Shown here: positions 13,735 to 27,457 of the stretch, piece after piece
Position numbering within the stretch: the first letter of the stretch is position 1
Layout of the letters: each line of letters begins with the position of its first letter
DNA from: Octopus vulgaris
Lineage: Eukaryota
Reading direction: 5' to 3'
Length of the DNA: 64,000 nucleotides
Assembly (NCBI GenBank): GCA_951406725.2
Contig: OX597815.1
Location: 170,004,001 to 170,068,000, forward strand
The notes under the pieces: generated by a model
The model's input: the letters and a program-made list of their open reading frames with translations, nothing else
Told to the model about the DNA's origin: nothing
Databases searched by the model: none
Made by a program: the position numbers and the translations under genes

Positions 13735-13799
13735 CATACATACATACATATATATATAATTATATATACAAAACTATGCATATATATATAAATATATGC

Positions 13800-13838
<39 letters not shown>

Positions 13839-14081
13839 CGTGTTGTTTATGTCATATAAATTTTTAAAACTTCGCGTGATCATGAAATAAATCTTTTTCA
13901 GGATGTCTCGAAGCACATACATAAAGCTATAAATAATAGCATATAAACATCTGACTGAAAAACTTTTGGATAGAAATATTAACGGTGTATTATTTATAGC
14001 TATATATGCATGCTTCGAGATATTCCAAATAAGATCCACACATGCAAAACACACACTCACACACAAAACAATCACACACGC

Positions 14082-14129
<48 letters not shown>

Positions 14130-14313
14130 TCATATCAATACATTCACACATACTGTAGTATGAATTTCGAGAGATAAAGAGAGAGATTGCAATATTGAGT
14201 TACAGAGTTAAGTATATTTTATAGACTCCAGGTCAGGTAACGTTGTCATTCGGTGTGCGAAAAAATGGTCAAATAATATCTTTGAAAGAGACATTCGTGA
14301 CAAACCAAAAGTT

Positions 14314-14344
<31 letters not shown>

Positions 14345-14369
14345 CATACATACATACATACATACATAC

Positions 14370-14740
14370 ATGGTGGCTGCCCTTTTGTTATCGCGTATGG
14401 CCATTGCACGAAGCTTAATCAATGTTGTTATCGTGCAATGCCTGTGCAAGAAGATTTTTTTTAAAGTGAGGAAAGGCTGTGCACTGAGTCAATCCCACTC
14501 ACTAAGCAACAGCAGCCATAATCCGAAAAGAAGAACAAGTCAACATCATCGGTAACCACTGAGCCGCAGGCTTTAAGTCGGAGTTATCCAAGTTACCTGA
14601 ATTACCATCTCCGAGTTATCCAAGTTACCTGAATTACCATACAAAGGCTAGGAGTCATACACTCCCAATGGTTTAACCGCCCGATCGGGTATTCAGTCCG
14701 ATTATTTCTATGTTCCTGCGCATGATACAGCCTTAAGACA
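14370..14740 (-). mobile_element. Non-coding element ending gcagccacca(TGTA)n, probably an RTE-dependent non-autonomous element
   Basis: 3' terminus similar to the RTE-like relic at 59712. Hairpin cattgcacga/tcgtgcaatg near the 3' end. Internal ~28-bp tandem duplication at 14581-14640. Confidence 0.4.
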
Positions 14741-14930
14741 TACATACATACATACATACATACATACATACATACATACATACATGCATACATAAATACA
14801 TACATACATACATGCATACATTAAAACTAGAAACTGTTAACAGACAACAAATGTAGGCTTTGCAAGACTCAGACTGAAGACATCACCCTCATTGTTGCCA
14901 ATATTGAGAAATTGTCTTCTAGATAATGTC

Positions 14931-15046
14931 TTCCCCAAGACACCTGATGAAGGCTGGAGTGTATATCAACAAGATGAGGACAAATATCCGTCAAATGTAA
15001 ATAATGTAAATAATGTGCAGAATTCCTCATCTCTTAAATATAGAAC
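14931..15046 (+). mobile_element. 5'-truncated, internally deleted copy of the hammerhead SINE (family H)
   Basis: ccccaagacacCTGATGAaggctggagtgtatatc joined directly to aacaagatgaggacaaatatccgtcaaatg; the GAAA half of the ribozyme is deleted. Confidence 0.8.
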
Positions 15047-16620
15047 GGTGGTATCCATAAAGATGAATAAAATTAAGAGATTAATACATGTAAAAATAGA
15101 GAGTTAGAGTAAAAGTATAATTAAGTAATTATTCTAATCTATCAAGAAGCCTTGCGTAGTGCATGGGCAAGCATTCCCTCTTGAATGTGAGGTAAAAATC
15201 ACTCCAATGCACTTTAAAACAATTTCATAATTTTGCATATAATTTTAAGTATAAAGCTTATTTAGATCTGACCCCATAGAACAGGTATAGGTAGCATTTT
15301 ATGAGAAGAGGCTGCATGAAATTGGGCTCAACATCAGGCGGGTCGCACTTTCTAAAAAGAATTTACCGTAATTTTTCGTTTAGACGTGCTATCCAGGAAG
15401 TCCCACGGACCGTTTTGTCAATGGCTGCTGTACAAAATTCACCTGCATAAAGTACCGCACTGTGGGATTGAACGAGAGAACTTAGGAAACGAATGTCTTA
15501 ACCATTGTCCAAGCTAATGACCGCATTACGAATATACATACCTCTATGCATACAAGCATTAGAGTAGAAACGAACATGTTTTTTATTAAGTAATAATTGA
15601 TATTTTATAACCACTTATTGATTTTTAAAATGTTATCTTTATAGATATGATTAAAATCTATCCTTATATAGTTTTTGCTTGTTTAAATAAATGGTCTTCT
15701 GGTAATATATATTACACATACGCAAGCACATTTGAAACATCTGTTTGTTTTAATGCACAATCAACGCTATCAAATTGCGGTATTGAACATATTTTTATAC
15801 CGCTTGGCATCGGTTTTAAAATATTAATGTTTAATAAAACCAAAGAAAAGTTATACGAATTGCAAAATTATTTACTTTCATGATAATAATTACTGTAACT
15901 TCAATAAATAAATTGATAATATTTTTTCAATATTTGTAATTACGGTTTTCCTTTCATTATAATTTAGCACATTTATATTTGAAATAATATTTCATGTTAA
16001 GAGATTCTTGGCATTTTTCTGCGTTTACATCAAAATTTTTACTTAATTAGCATTTGGCAATAACGAGAGAAATATTTAAAAATACATATAACTAATTTGA
16101 AGTTATATTTAATTTAAAGATATGGATCCTAAGAAACTTATCTTGAATCCATTCTGTGTAAAGTTTAGATAAAACTAATGAAAATAATGGATTATCTTTG
16201 AATGGAAAATAGTGAACTGTATAAGTTTTCATGGCATGTGTATTTGACAAAGAGTTAATACACATCCATCTGCATTGTCAATATTTTCCAAAATTTCTAT
16301 CGTTCTTATTAAGTACTGGTCGAGTAGCATAATAGTAAACCTGGGACTGAAGGGAGTTGCATATGTTAAGAGGGTTGGAACAGAGCTGAACCAAGGAGAC
16401 TAGTCGCATTTGTGAGAATGGGTACATTCACACACACACACACACACATATATACGACGGGCTTCTGTCAGATTCCGTCTACCAAATACACTCGCAAGGC
16501 TTTGGTCGGCTCAGGTCTATAGAAGAAGACACTTGCCCACAGTACAAAGGATGGATCTGAACTCGGAACCATGTGGTTAGGAAGCAAACTGCTTACTGCG
16601 CAACTACGCTTGCAATTGAT

Positions 16621-16857
16621 AAATACCTATTTCTTTACTACCCACAAGGGGCTAAACACAGAGAGGACAAACAAGGTCAGACAAAGGGTTATCGATTACA
16701 TCGACCCCAGTGCGTAACTGGCATTTAATTTATCGACCCCGAAAGGATGAAAGTCAAAGTCGACATCGGCGGAATTCGAACCCAGAACGTAACGGCAGAC
16801 GAAATACGGCTACGCATTTCGCCCGGCGTGGTAACGTTTCTGCCAGCTCGCCGCCTT
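16621..16857 (-). mobile_element. SINE family B, full length
   Basis: Family consensus match; imperfect TSD ttgcaattgataa / ttgcagttgacaa. Confidence 0.88.
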
Positions 16858-16982
16858 GCAGTTGACAATTATAATTTAGAAACACGTACACACACATACA
16901 TACGCACGCATGCAGATACAGACATATTCATTCTCACAAATGCGACTGGTCTCATTAGTTCAGCTGTATCCCAGCCAGAACG

Positions 16983-17061
<79 letters not shown>

Positions 17062-17689
17062 GAAGGAGCAGGTAGTCAAAATTTGAACACTTATTATTTA
17101 GTGAGCGTGTTTATTGATATATAAAATCTGTACATCACAACAAATACATACATACATATATACATACCTTACGTACATACATACATTCATTTACATGTAT
17201 GTGTGTGTGTGCGCGCGTGCCTGTGTGTGAGTATTTTGAAGAGGCATACGTTCAAGAATCGGTATTCATATATATACATATATGTATGCAGACACACACG
17301 TTTATGTATGCGTATGTATATGTGCGTATATGTGTGCATGTGTGTATGTATGCATATGTTTAATATGCGTGCATGTGTGTGTGCATGTATGTGTGTGTGC
17401 ATATGTACGTGTGTGTATGTGCATGTGCACGTGCGAGTGTGTGTATGTATGTGCGAAGTTAAAACAATCTCTTAATAGAGCAGTTACTGAAGGGCTAAAC
17501 AAAAATTCGAAAAACACGAAACGCTTTCGGTAAAATCTAATGATATAAAAACTGTAGTATGACTGACGACGTAGATATTAAGATCATATATTCATTTCTA
17601 GAGAAATAAACTGTCGTCAAGGTGGGGGAAAATATCTATAAATGTCTAAATGAGAATTATAGTTTATATCAACCACGAATAATGAATCC

Positions 17690-18535
17690 AATTTTTGGCA
17701 CAAGGCCAGTAAGTTCGGAGGTAGTGATAGGTCGATTAGATCGACCCCAGTGTTCAATTGGTACTTATTTTATCGACCTCAAAAGGACGAAGGACAAAGT
17801 CGACCTCAATAGCCTTTGAACTCACAACGTGAAGACGGGCGAAATGGTAAGCGGTATTTCGTCTGCCGCTACGTTCTGAGTTCAAATTCCGCCGAAGTCG
17901 GCTTTGCCTTTCATCCTTTCGGGGTCGATTAAATAAGTACCAGTTACGCACTGGGGTCGATATAATCGACTTAATCCATTTGTCTGTCCTTGTTTGTCTT
18001 CTCTGTGTTTAGCCCCTTGCGGGTAGTAAAGAAATAGGTATTTCGCTCAGCTAACGATTTTGCCAGCTCATCGCGCTTTACAGCAACTAGAAATAATGTT
18101 TTCAAATTTTGGCACAAGGCCAGCAATTTCATGGAAAGGAATAGGTCGATTAGATCGCCCCCAGTGTTCAACTGGTACTTATTTTATCGACCTCGAAAGG
18201 GCAAAGGACAAAGTCGACCTCGGCAGCCTTTGAACTAATAACGAGAAGACGGGCGAAATACCCCTTGTGGGTAGTAAAGAAATTCTTTACTACCCACAAG
18301 GGGCTAAACACAGACAGGACAAACAAGGACAGACAAACGGATTAAGTCAATTATATCGACCTCAGTGCGTAACTGGTACTTATTTAATCGACCCTAAAAG
18401 GATGAAAGGCAAAGTCGACCTCGGAGGAATTTGAACTAAGCATTTCGCCCGCCAGGCTAACGATTCTGCCAGCTGGTCGCAGCTTAGCTACTAGAAAGAA
18501 TGATTTCAAATTTTGGTACAAGGCTAGCAATTTAG
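17690..18535. mobile_element. Cluster of nested or partial SINE family B copies in both orientations
   Basis: At least four Nin-like domains on alternating strands. Confidence 0.8.
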
Positions 18536-18771
18536 CTGCTTTATAGCGACTAGAAAAAAAATACCAAACAGAAGCTGTGTTTGATCCCCATGTAACGTTC
18601 ATCTGGATACCAATGGGAAACTGTATGAATGTAATAGTAGAATATTTATCTTTTATCTTATACTTGTTTCAATCGTTGGAGTACGGCTATGCTGGGACAG
18701 TGTTGAAAGGTTTAGTCGAACAAATGGACTCCACTGCTTCTTTATTTAAACCTGTGCCAAAAGTTGAAACA

Positions 18772-18835
<64 letters not shown>

Positions 18836-19229
18836 TGTTTGGCTTAGGTTCGGTCTTATTCCTGGCAGGATGTCTGTGGGTAGCGGGTTACTACCTGTAA
18901 CCTTAGGTATTCACAAATTTTCAGCAGCCTTCAAAGAGCTTAGAACTCTCATAAGATGACGATACTGCTGGCCTTGTACCAAAATTTGAAACCATTATTA
19001 AGGTGGCGATAGGCGGAACCGTTAGCGCGCCGAACAAAATGCATAACGGCATTTCTTCACACTCTTTACTTTCTAAGTTCAAACTCCACTGAGGTCAGCG
19101 TCACCTTTTATCCTTTCAAGTTTGATAAACTAAGTACTAGTTGTGCACTCCTCACAAACTTTCGAGCGTTGTGCTTATAATAGATAGGATTAATATTATC
19201 ATTAATATTTCAGTAGTCTACACAACTCA

Positions 19230-20180
19230 GATCCGTGTGCATTGCATCTATGCACCGGCTTCATTATTTTTGCATTTCTATTGTTTACTCAATGTAATTT
19301 GTTCTCAGTACCCGACAATGTTGCGTAGCGGTATCTTGCATGCATTGCATATGAAGGCGGCGAGCTGGCAGAAACGTTAGCATCCGGGTGAATTGCGTAG
19401 CCGTATTTCCTCTACTGTTACGTTCTGAGTTCAAATTCCGCCGAGGTCGACTTTGCCTTTCATCCTTTCGGGTTCGATAAATTAAGTACCAGTTACACAC
19501 TGGGGTCGATATAATCGACTTAATCCGTTTGTCTGTCCTTGTTTGTCCCCTCTGTGTTTAGCCCCTTGTGGGTAGTACAGAAATAGGTATTTCGTCTGCC
19601 GTTACGCTCTGAGTTCAAATTCCGCCGAGGTCGACTTTGCCTTTCATCCTTTCGGGGTCGATAAATTAAGTACCAGTTACACACTGGTGTCGATATAATC
19701 GACTTAATCCGTTTGTCTGTCCTTGTTTGTCCTCTCTGTGTTTAGCCCCTTGTGGGTAGTAAAGAAAGGAGTATCTTGCATGCATTGCATATACACACGG
19801 CCTTATTTAGTTTTGAATTTCTATTGTACACTCTATGTAATGTGTTCTCAATGCCCATTGATGCTCTGTAGCCGTATTTTGTGTAAGTCTCAGGATTTTG
19901 GTTATCTCTTTATGAAAGTTTTATAATTGCCTAAATTTTCCATTCCTTTATTGCAGCTTATTGTAATGGATACATCGATTAAAAGAAATTTCTTTCCTTA
20001 GAAGATTTCACTGTATCTCGTCGGTTTGACTTAATTTCTGTCCGTACGGATTGGCATATCTCCATGTACGGTAACTTTGTAATTCTTTAAGATCTTTTCT
20101 GCATGTATTTAATAGTGCTGGTATAATTTCCAGTGTACGAGAGCTCCGATTCGGTCATGCCTGTATATCTGATATTTGTT
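19230..20180 (-). pseudogene. Ancient R4/Dong-like LINE relic, interrupted by the SINE dimer
   Basis: Minus-strand fragments LRTNYIE, YRHDRIGALVHWKL, DMPIRTD and LIDVSI match the motifs of the 61.6-kb relic or the clade. Confidence 0.6.
19354..19767 (+). mobile_element. SINE family B dimer (184-bp period) inside a 22-bp TSD
   Basis: TSD gtatcttgcatgcattgcatat at 19331-19352 and 19771-19792; junction gaaataggtatttcgtctgcc. Confidence 0.9.
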
Positions 20181-20953
20181 TTGCTACTGTTTTTTGTTAC
20201 TGTTTTTTATTATTGTTTTTAGCTGTTTGTAATGCTTCCACTTTATTCTTTACCGGATGTTTCTGTAACTCTGCACATTTTATATTATATTTTATAATGT
20301 TTTATATTAATTTACTAATAATTTTATAATTAGTTGTTTTATCGTAATTTCTGATTAGGCATTGTATAATTTTCTAGTAGCAGGAAAACAAGTCCTCTCT
20401 GAATTCGTTGCAAAATACTATCTTTCTGTGTCAATGCAATCATTATTTTCTTTACTTCCCCGCATGATCTTGCTAATGCAGTCAGTTCCGAGTTGAAAAT
20501 ATAATGTGATAATATTGATTTCAAATTTTGGCAGCAGCCAACAAATTCGGGGAAGAGGTTAAATCGATTACATCAACCCTCGTGCTCAGCTGGTACTTAT
20601 TTTATCGACTCCCCTAAGAATGAAAAGCAAAGTGGACCTCTGCGGAATTTGAACTCTGAACGATTCTTCCAGCTTGCCGTCTATAATTTGATATTGGCAG
20701 AACAACTAAGACGACGAGCTGGTTGAATCGTTAGCATGCCGGGTAAAATGCTTTGCGGCATTTAGTCCGTCTTTCCGTTCTGGATTCAAATTCCACTGTT
20801 GTCGACTTTGCCTTTCATCTTTCCGGGGTCGATAAAATAAGTACCAACTAAGTACTGGAGTCGATGTAACCGATTGTCTACTTAGCCCGAAGTTGCTGGC
20901 TTTGTACCAAAATTCGAAACCAATATTACTTGAGCTTTGAACCAACGGTCTTA

Positions 20954-21523
20954 TACTGGGTTGTCCGGAAAGTTTGTGCCGATTTTTAAAGGAAAGGAAA
21001 AGGTCAATAAATACTTGCCATTACATTTTTAATCAACCAAATATGAACCATTTTGTTGCACAATGCGTCTCCATCTTTCTTTTAACTTGAAAATACCCTC
21101 TTCCCAGAATTGAGGTGGTTTTATGGCAAATAATTCAACAAGGTATCTTTTTATGTCATCTAAGGAATTGAAATTTTTACCATTAAGACTATCCTGCAGA
21201 GACCTGAATAAATGGAAATCCGAAGAAGCAATATCTGGTGAATATGGAGAGTGGGGTAACACATCCCAGCCGAGCTGCAGCAATTTTTGTTTGGTTCCCA
21301 AAGCATCAAGTACCGAAAGTGAACTTTCTTGTCTTCCATTTTAAAGGCTTACTGAATTAATAGAGGTAATAGGAATATAAACACTCTTCCACAAAAAGAT
21401 AGCTGAAACTGTGCTCTAAATGGAGATGTAGTCAAATCCTATTTCATGGACTCAACCATGTTCTAAAATAAGTCGAAAGGTAAGCTACTATAAATCGGCA
21501 TGAACTTTCCGTACAACCCAATA
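20954..21523 (-). mobile_element. Internally deleted mariner derivative
   Basis: TIRs tactgggttgtccggaaagtttgtgccgattt / aaatcggcatgaactttccgtacaacccaata. Retains only the transposase C-terminus (LPHSPYSPDIASSDFHLF, 21029-21301). Confidence 0.9.
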
Positions 21524-21964
21524 TTTTCTTTTTATTCCTTTAAGCATTTAGCTGAAGCGTCTGATTACTCTTTGTAAACTTTTTCTTTTATTTTCTTCCT
21601 AAGCATGTGTGTCTCTGTGTTTCTAATAATTCTTTTTATCTCTGTTTCATTATCTGGCTTCTTTATCTTTTGTTCGGAAGTTTACTAATTTTCAACTCGT
21701 CAAATTTGCCTCGGCGCGTTTTTTTCTCAACCAAATCAAACATTAAATCATCTACCGGCTCCAAGTACTGTCTAGTTTCGCTCGTTAATTAAAAGATATT
21801 AGCAGCCGAAAAAGAATCACAGTGAAGGAATCCCTTGGCAGACTTCTTTCCTAATTCGTGTTGGAATTCGTTGTTATAATGCATTCTTTGGATGTGTGAG
21901 TAGAATTGTTTGATATCTCTTCATGGTATATTCGATATACTTGCATGTTGCTTGAGTTACCCTA

Positions 21965-22213
21965 AAAATAAATAAATGCGCCCTTTTAAAGCCTAGCCAG
22001 GCTCATGGGCCCGGTTTCCCGCTTTCTATGGCGTATGTGTTCCCCAGCTGGACGGGGCACTAGTCCATCGCAGCGTTACTCATTTTTGCCAGCTGAGTGG
22101 ACTCGAGCAGCGTGTTTTGCTCAAGAACACAACGCGTCGCCCGGTCCAGGAATTGAAACCACAATCTTACGATCATGGTGCTGACACCCTAACCACTAAG
22201 CCACGCGCCTCCA
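21965..22213 (-). mobile_element. tRNA-derived SINE, family D, with 14-bp TSD
   Basis: A box TGGCTTAGTGG. TSD cttgagttacccta at 21951-21964 and 22214-22227. Second copy at 45623-45846. Confidence 0.85.
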
Positions 22214-22705
22214 CTTGAGTTACCCTACGCATGGCTAATATCTCCAGAAGATACGATAGTTTGACCAAAAGAACCGGCAATTGCAAGCAAAAATAAATGT
22301 AGAAAAACAACGCATTTGACACTATCAAAAGCCACGTGGATAAGTGCTTATACTTTTCTTTCGCCATCTTACAATTTTCCATTGACATTTTTCTTGTTTA
22401 TTAGTTTCTCTCACTGGACTGCAGCCATACTGGGACACATCCTTCAAGAGTTTAGTTGAATAGATCGTCCTCAGTTCTTATTTTTAGTTCTGATTCTTAG
22501 ACTATCGATCCCTTTTGCTAAACCGCTAAGTTACAGGGACGTAAACAAACCAACACCAATTGTCAAGCAATAGTGGGTGGACAAACACAAAAACAAAGAA
22601 ACACACACACACACACACACACACGAAGAAAGAGCAGAAACCAGGAAAAAACACCGAGTAACAAGTCTTAACAACTGTTACAAAGGCGTTAGAGCGCTGG
22701 AACGT

Positions 22706-22957
22706 ATATCATTGCTATTATGTTAAACTGTCGTATGTCCATATTTGGCGAAATGCGTTGCTTTTCTACATTTATTTTTGCTTGCAATTACCGGTTCTTT
22801 TGGTCAAACTATCGTATCTCCAGCTGCTTCAGATCTCAATATATCAAAAATTGTCAAAGTGTACTACAACGGTTTGGAATGGAATGGGGAAGCAACTTTT
22901 CGTTTTCTGAAAAAGCAACGTTTTGAACTTACTACACCCTTGCATAATAGCAACGAT
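22706..22957 (+). repeat. Dispersed ~250-bp repeat of unknown class
   Basis: Colinear diverged copy at about 41440-41695. Confidence 0.75.
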
Positions 22958-23621
22958 ATATATATATATATATATATATGCCTATACCGTTGGCTTCCAC
23001 GAAGTTTCTGCTAAATTCTCTCGCAAGTCATGATCCACTCTGGGCTATAGTAAAAGATAAACATTGTTGATTAGTTACTAATCTTTACAACTATAAAAGG
23101 CTTTGTAGTATAGCTTCCACTGTTCTAGAACGGAGTTAGTTTTTGATATTGCGTTATTTCTTGTGGGCGGGTAAATTATGGGGTCATAGGGTCATCGGAT
23201 GGAACTTACGGTTTCTTTCATCTGGAAACTGAAGTTTTCACGTAGTGCTTTCATGTATTGTTTCTCAAATCTTGGGAAATCCTTAGATACTTCGTCAGCA
23301 TTTTCTGTGTGACTGTGTAAATATTTCCACCAAAATAACCAGAGAACACGAAGCCCCGTGTTTTCCATTTAATGTAACGTCCATTTTGTTAAAAGGAATA
23401 GCTGTCACTTCCCATAATTATGGATTACATGAGGCTTTGAGAAGCTCATTTGTGCCAGGCGCTGTTTAGATTTGGGTATCAATTTTTCTCTTGTTATTTC
23501 ATATTTCTGATGATGTATCATTCTATCTCTTTCCTCTCATCTTATTTCTGTCTTTATGTTGTTGATTTTATATAAGATTGGGAGATATCTCCTTATATAT
23601 GTATATATAAAATATATACAT

Positions 23622-23701
<80 letters not shown>

Positions 23702-24499
23702 ATATGTATATGTATATATGTATATACATGTATATGAATGCATATATGCATATATATATATAGATAGATATAGATATATATGTATGTATATATATATATA
23801 TGTATGTGTGTAAATGTGTGTGCGCGCGTGTGCGGATGTCTATGTATGTATTTGTTTTTGTTTCTGCATGTTTGTTTTCTTCTTTTCGTATCTAGATCTT
23901 GATAATCCTATACGCAAAGGTCTGAGATAGTTCAAACTTTCCTTCTAACTATATGGAATATTTCGTTTATTCCCTTGATATTGATGTTTCCATATATTTT
24001 CAGTTATTGCGATAGCCACGTTTGCATTTACAGTGTTCCATTTATATTTTATCGTTCACTTTAATTTCAGAGTGAGACTTTATGTCCGTACAGAAATCCA
24101 TCAATTTTTTTATTGTTTCTTGTTATATTCCAGAAGCCTTTTTTTTATTTCTTGCAAGCCTTCGCTGTCCCACATAATCAGATCTGTATGCCTTAAATAG
24201 TTGCAGTCTTTTATTTTAATGTTATATTTTTATCATATCGAAAACACTCTGCATAATATGTTTGCAAAACATAGTAATGCTAAATTCTGTATTCTGGAGC
24301 ATTTTTGACAGTGCCAGCGTTTTGGTTATTTATTTGCCTACATGCCTTAATTGATTTTCAAGGCACCTATTATCAAGGCACGTAGGGATTGGTTATATTT
24401 CCCGTTCTTTTTACTTTTATTTTTGTCTTACAGGTTTCAGCTAAAGGCCGGGGCCATGCTGGAGTACAGCCTTTCAGTGTGTTTGGGTTTCCTTTCTGT

Positions 24500-24860
24500 A
24501 CTGTTTTTGGTGAAGAAGCGAGTTGGACGGAGCTGTTCTTCATTTTGTCTACTGCTGCGATGTGGGCTCATCTCGGATTTCAGATCGAAATGTTTTCCAG
24601 TTGCTTTTTGAAGATTTCCACAGGTACACCACGCAAATCTCTGGGGTTGTTTGGCAGGATGTTGATGAGTTGCGGTTCCTTGAAACACAAACTGTTGCAG
24701 TTCTGGTTCATTGTTCGAGATGGAGAAGACGGGGTCTTTGGTATTAGACAGTGCCGTCCAGTTCGGTGAATGGCATAGCTTTGAATTTCAAAGTTGCATT
24801 CTTGCAAACTCTTTCTCCAGATTTTCATATACGAAAATTCTCTCCAGTTCTTTAGAGATA
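24500..24860 (-). pseudogene. 3' end of a CR1/L2-group LINE ORF2
   Basis: RTGRHCLIP...NSLCFKEPQLINILP...FKKQLE resembles the C-terminal pattern of CR1-group RTs. Confidence 0.6.
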
Positions 24861-24893
24861 CATTATTTATGTATATAACTAAGCATACATGTA

Positions 24894-24985
<92 letters not shown>

Positions 24986-25444
24986 ACAGAAACACACATA
25001 CATACGCACACTCGCACGCACACATACCATAGTATTAAATAAAAGTGTTAAATATTTATTATATGCAAATTAGTTGCCCTAGTTTTCTGAAGCTACTGAA
25101 TTTATCGAGTATTTAAACAGATTGGTTGCTTGTTCCCTGGGATTCGTGAAGTGATGTAGATATCTCTGATGTGACACCCAAAAGGGGCGAAAATTAACTG
25201 CTCACAATTTTTTCAGTTTGCTGTGAAAGAGAAAAATCTGCCATCTTTGTATGCCTACTACGTAGGTTTACATCTATCTATCTACACACACAGACACACA
25301 CACACTTATAGTCATTGTATCTGACGTACAAGTGATTGTTGTTAATTCTCTACCCACTGTTTTTATTCTTTCGCACATAAATATGATGAAAAGCAAATGT
25401 GTAGCACTTGAACTCCCAAGCTTTGAATGTAAATATCATTTATA

Positions 25445-25802
25445 TCACTCCTCTATTGAAGAATTACACATGCGATCAGCTTCTGTCAAAATGTTATCCT
25501 CAATGCAATGTTGCTGAAAAGATAAGCCATCTGTAAGAAATGCTGCCTCGGGATAAATATTGACAACATCTCTGTTAGAGAATACATACATATCAACACA
25601 AAAAAAATATTGGTGGAACATTTTCTCCAGCACTTTTAACATGCGCATCCGTAACATGTCTAATGTAGCGATTTTAGGAATAAAAGAATAATGGTATCTA
25701 ATTAGGTCAGCTGCCCTGTGGTTGTGGAATATCTCTTCCAAAATCTGAGAGGAGGAGATTTCAGCTCTGGACAAATGTTTCGAAACTTGAAGCTTTTGTT
25801 CC
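25445..25802 (-). CDS. Candidate terminal coding exon of an unidentified host gene
   Basis: About 118 open non-repetitive codons after the acceptor tttataatcag|G; stop at 25445; AATAAA about 80 nt downstream (25362-25367). No recognisable domain. Confidence 0.35.
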
Positions 25803-25941
25803 CTGATTATAAATTAACATTCATACAAATAATTATTGGTATTTCTTGATCAGGTTTCATAGATATTAGTAAACTAGGATTTTCAAAAAAAAAAAAAAAA
25901 AAAGAGAAAAAAAGCCGCTAATATGCATTCTACAAAGTTAC

Positions 25942-25989
25942 CTTGTAAGCAGAAAAGTAAAAGTATGTAAGATTTTTCTAAAGTTCAAC
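25942..25989 (-). CDS. Candidate 48-nt phase-2 exon upstream of the terminal exon
   Basis: ttttacag|G ... CAAG|gtaac; reads LNFRKILHTFTFLLTR and joins the next exon in frame. Confidence 0.3.
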
Positions 25990-26064
25990 CTGTAAAACTT
26001 AACGTTGTTATTCAAATTCCAACAACGCGTGATCTTTCTTAGAAACACATCTTCCTTGTGTTTC

Positions 26065-26298
26065 TAAGGCGGTGAGCTGGCAGAAACATTAGCACGCCGG
26101 GCGAAATGCATAGCGGTATTTCGTCTGCCATTACGTTCTGAGTTCAAATTCCGCCGAGGTCGACTTTGCCTTTCATTCTTTCGGGTTCGATAAATTAAGT
26201 ACCACTTACGCACTGAGGTCGATGTAATCGACTTAATCCCTTTGTCTGTTCTTGTTTGTCCCCTCTATGTTTAGCCCCTTGTAGGCAATAAAGAAATA
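26065..26298 (+). mobile_element. SINE family B, full length
   Basis: Family consensus match; imperfect TSD agaaacacatcttcct / agaaatacatctgcct. Confidence 0.88.
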
Positions 26299-27133
26299 AG
26301 AAATACATCTGCCTAGAAGGAAGAATTCTAATAATTATTTTAAAACACACACATCACACGTACGCAACCGCATACATATCGAATACACTCGCACACATAT
26401 CGCACACATATCACACACATACAAACACACACAAAGTGGGTAGGGATAAAATTTCTTCTGCCTTATCTCATATTCTCTCTTATTCTATCGTCCTATTATA
26501 GCTTGTTATGCCATGTGGGCAGAGCCCGAGGATTGTGTGAGGGCACCAGACATCTTATAAAATACTGTCAGAGCTGTTTTCTCAATGCTTTGTGAAGACA
26601 TGCATTTAGATAAATTTTCTTGTACTTTGTGTGAAATGATGAAAAATTTCAATACAAAATTGCGAAAAATGCTTTGGTAAAGCAAAGAGCCAACTCTGTG
26701 TCACTGGCATTCAGTGAACCTTAATAAAATTACTTGAAAATACAGCTATTAAAACCTTCATGTTTTCCTCTGAAATTTGGCTAATATCTGCTCGGGGAAT
26801 ATTATGTTAATTTTCAAATTAATTTTTAAAATTGGAAATAAGTAAGTATATTTGTAAATACAATATTTTTTGAAATTTCTATATTGTATAAATTTTATGA
26901 CACTTCCTTTGTAATTTTGGTTCGGAAAATATGATAACCGGGTGACGGTGAACTCTGGACATTTCCGTAGTTATAAGAAATCCTCAACGAGCCATAAATA
27001 TTATTGTACTTGCCGAAGTAGTGAGGTAAATATTACGAATCAGACGTAGAACATTGTTCACTAGTGGGCGTAAAGAATTAGCATAATGTAAAGACATTAA
27101 TAGATCGCAAATGTTAACTACTTGGAGACAAGT

Positions 27134-27457
27134 AAATACACATTATCTGTATTCAACCAGAGAATCAGTAGACCAATACGTTTAGTTAATCAGCCATAAA
27201 TATCTTGAAGAAATATCTTAAGACAAAAAGTCCCTCAACATATATCAAATTAATATTCTTGTAAACTAATGTTGATTATTGCAATTTACTTCACTTTGAA
27301 AAGATTTTTAAAGGTAACATAGTGTACAAGAAAAGCTACTGCGTCGACACGGACACATTATACACAAAGATAACAGCTGGAGAAAGAAGAATCAAACAAA
27401 AGAAAGATTCTGCAGGAAAGAAAAACTGATAACGGTGTAGAAAACTTTGTGAAACTT
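27134..27457 (+). repeat. Direct repeat copy 1 (~325 bp)
   Basis: Nearly identical to 29299-29624, with only a handful of differences. Confidence 0.9.

Noticed and set aside
14833-14902. KCRLCKTQTEDITLIV zinc-knuckle-like peptide
   Set aside because: Probably a tiny R4/Dong-like LINE scrap; too short to annotate and not a host gene.
17754-17951. Recurrent 'MRNWYL...RKDERQSR' ORF found at several loci
   Set aside because: Antisense translation of SINE family B, not a gene family.
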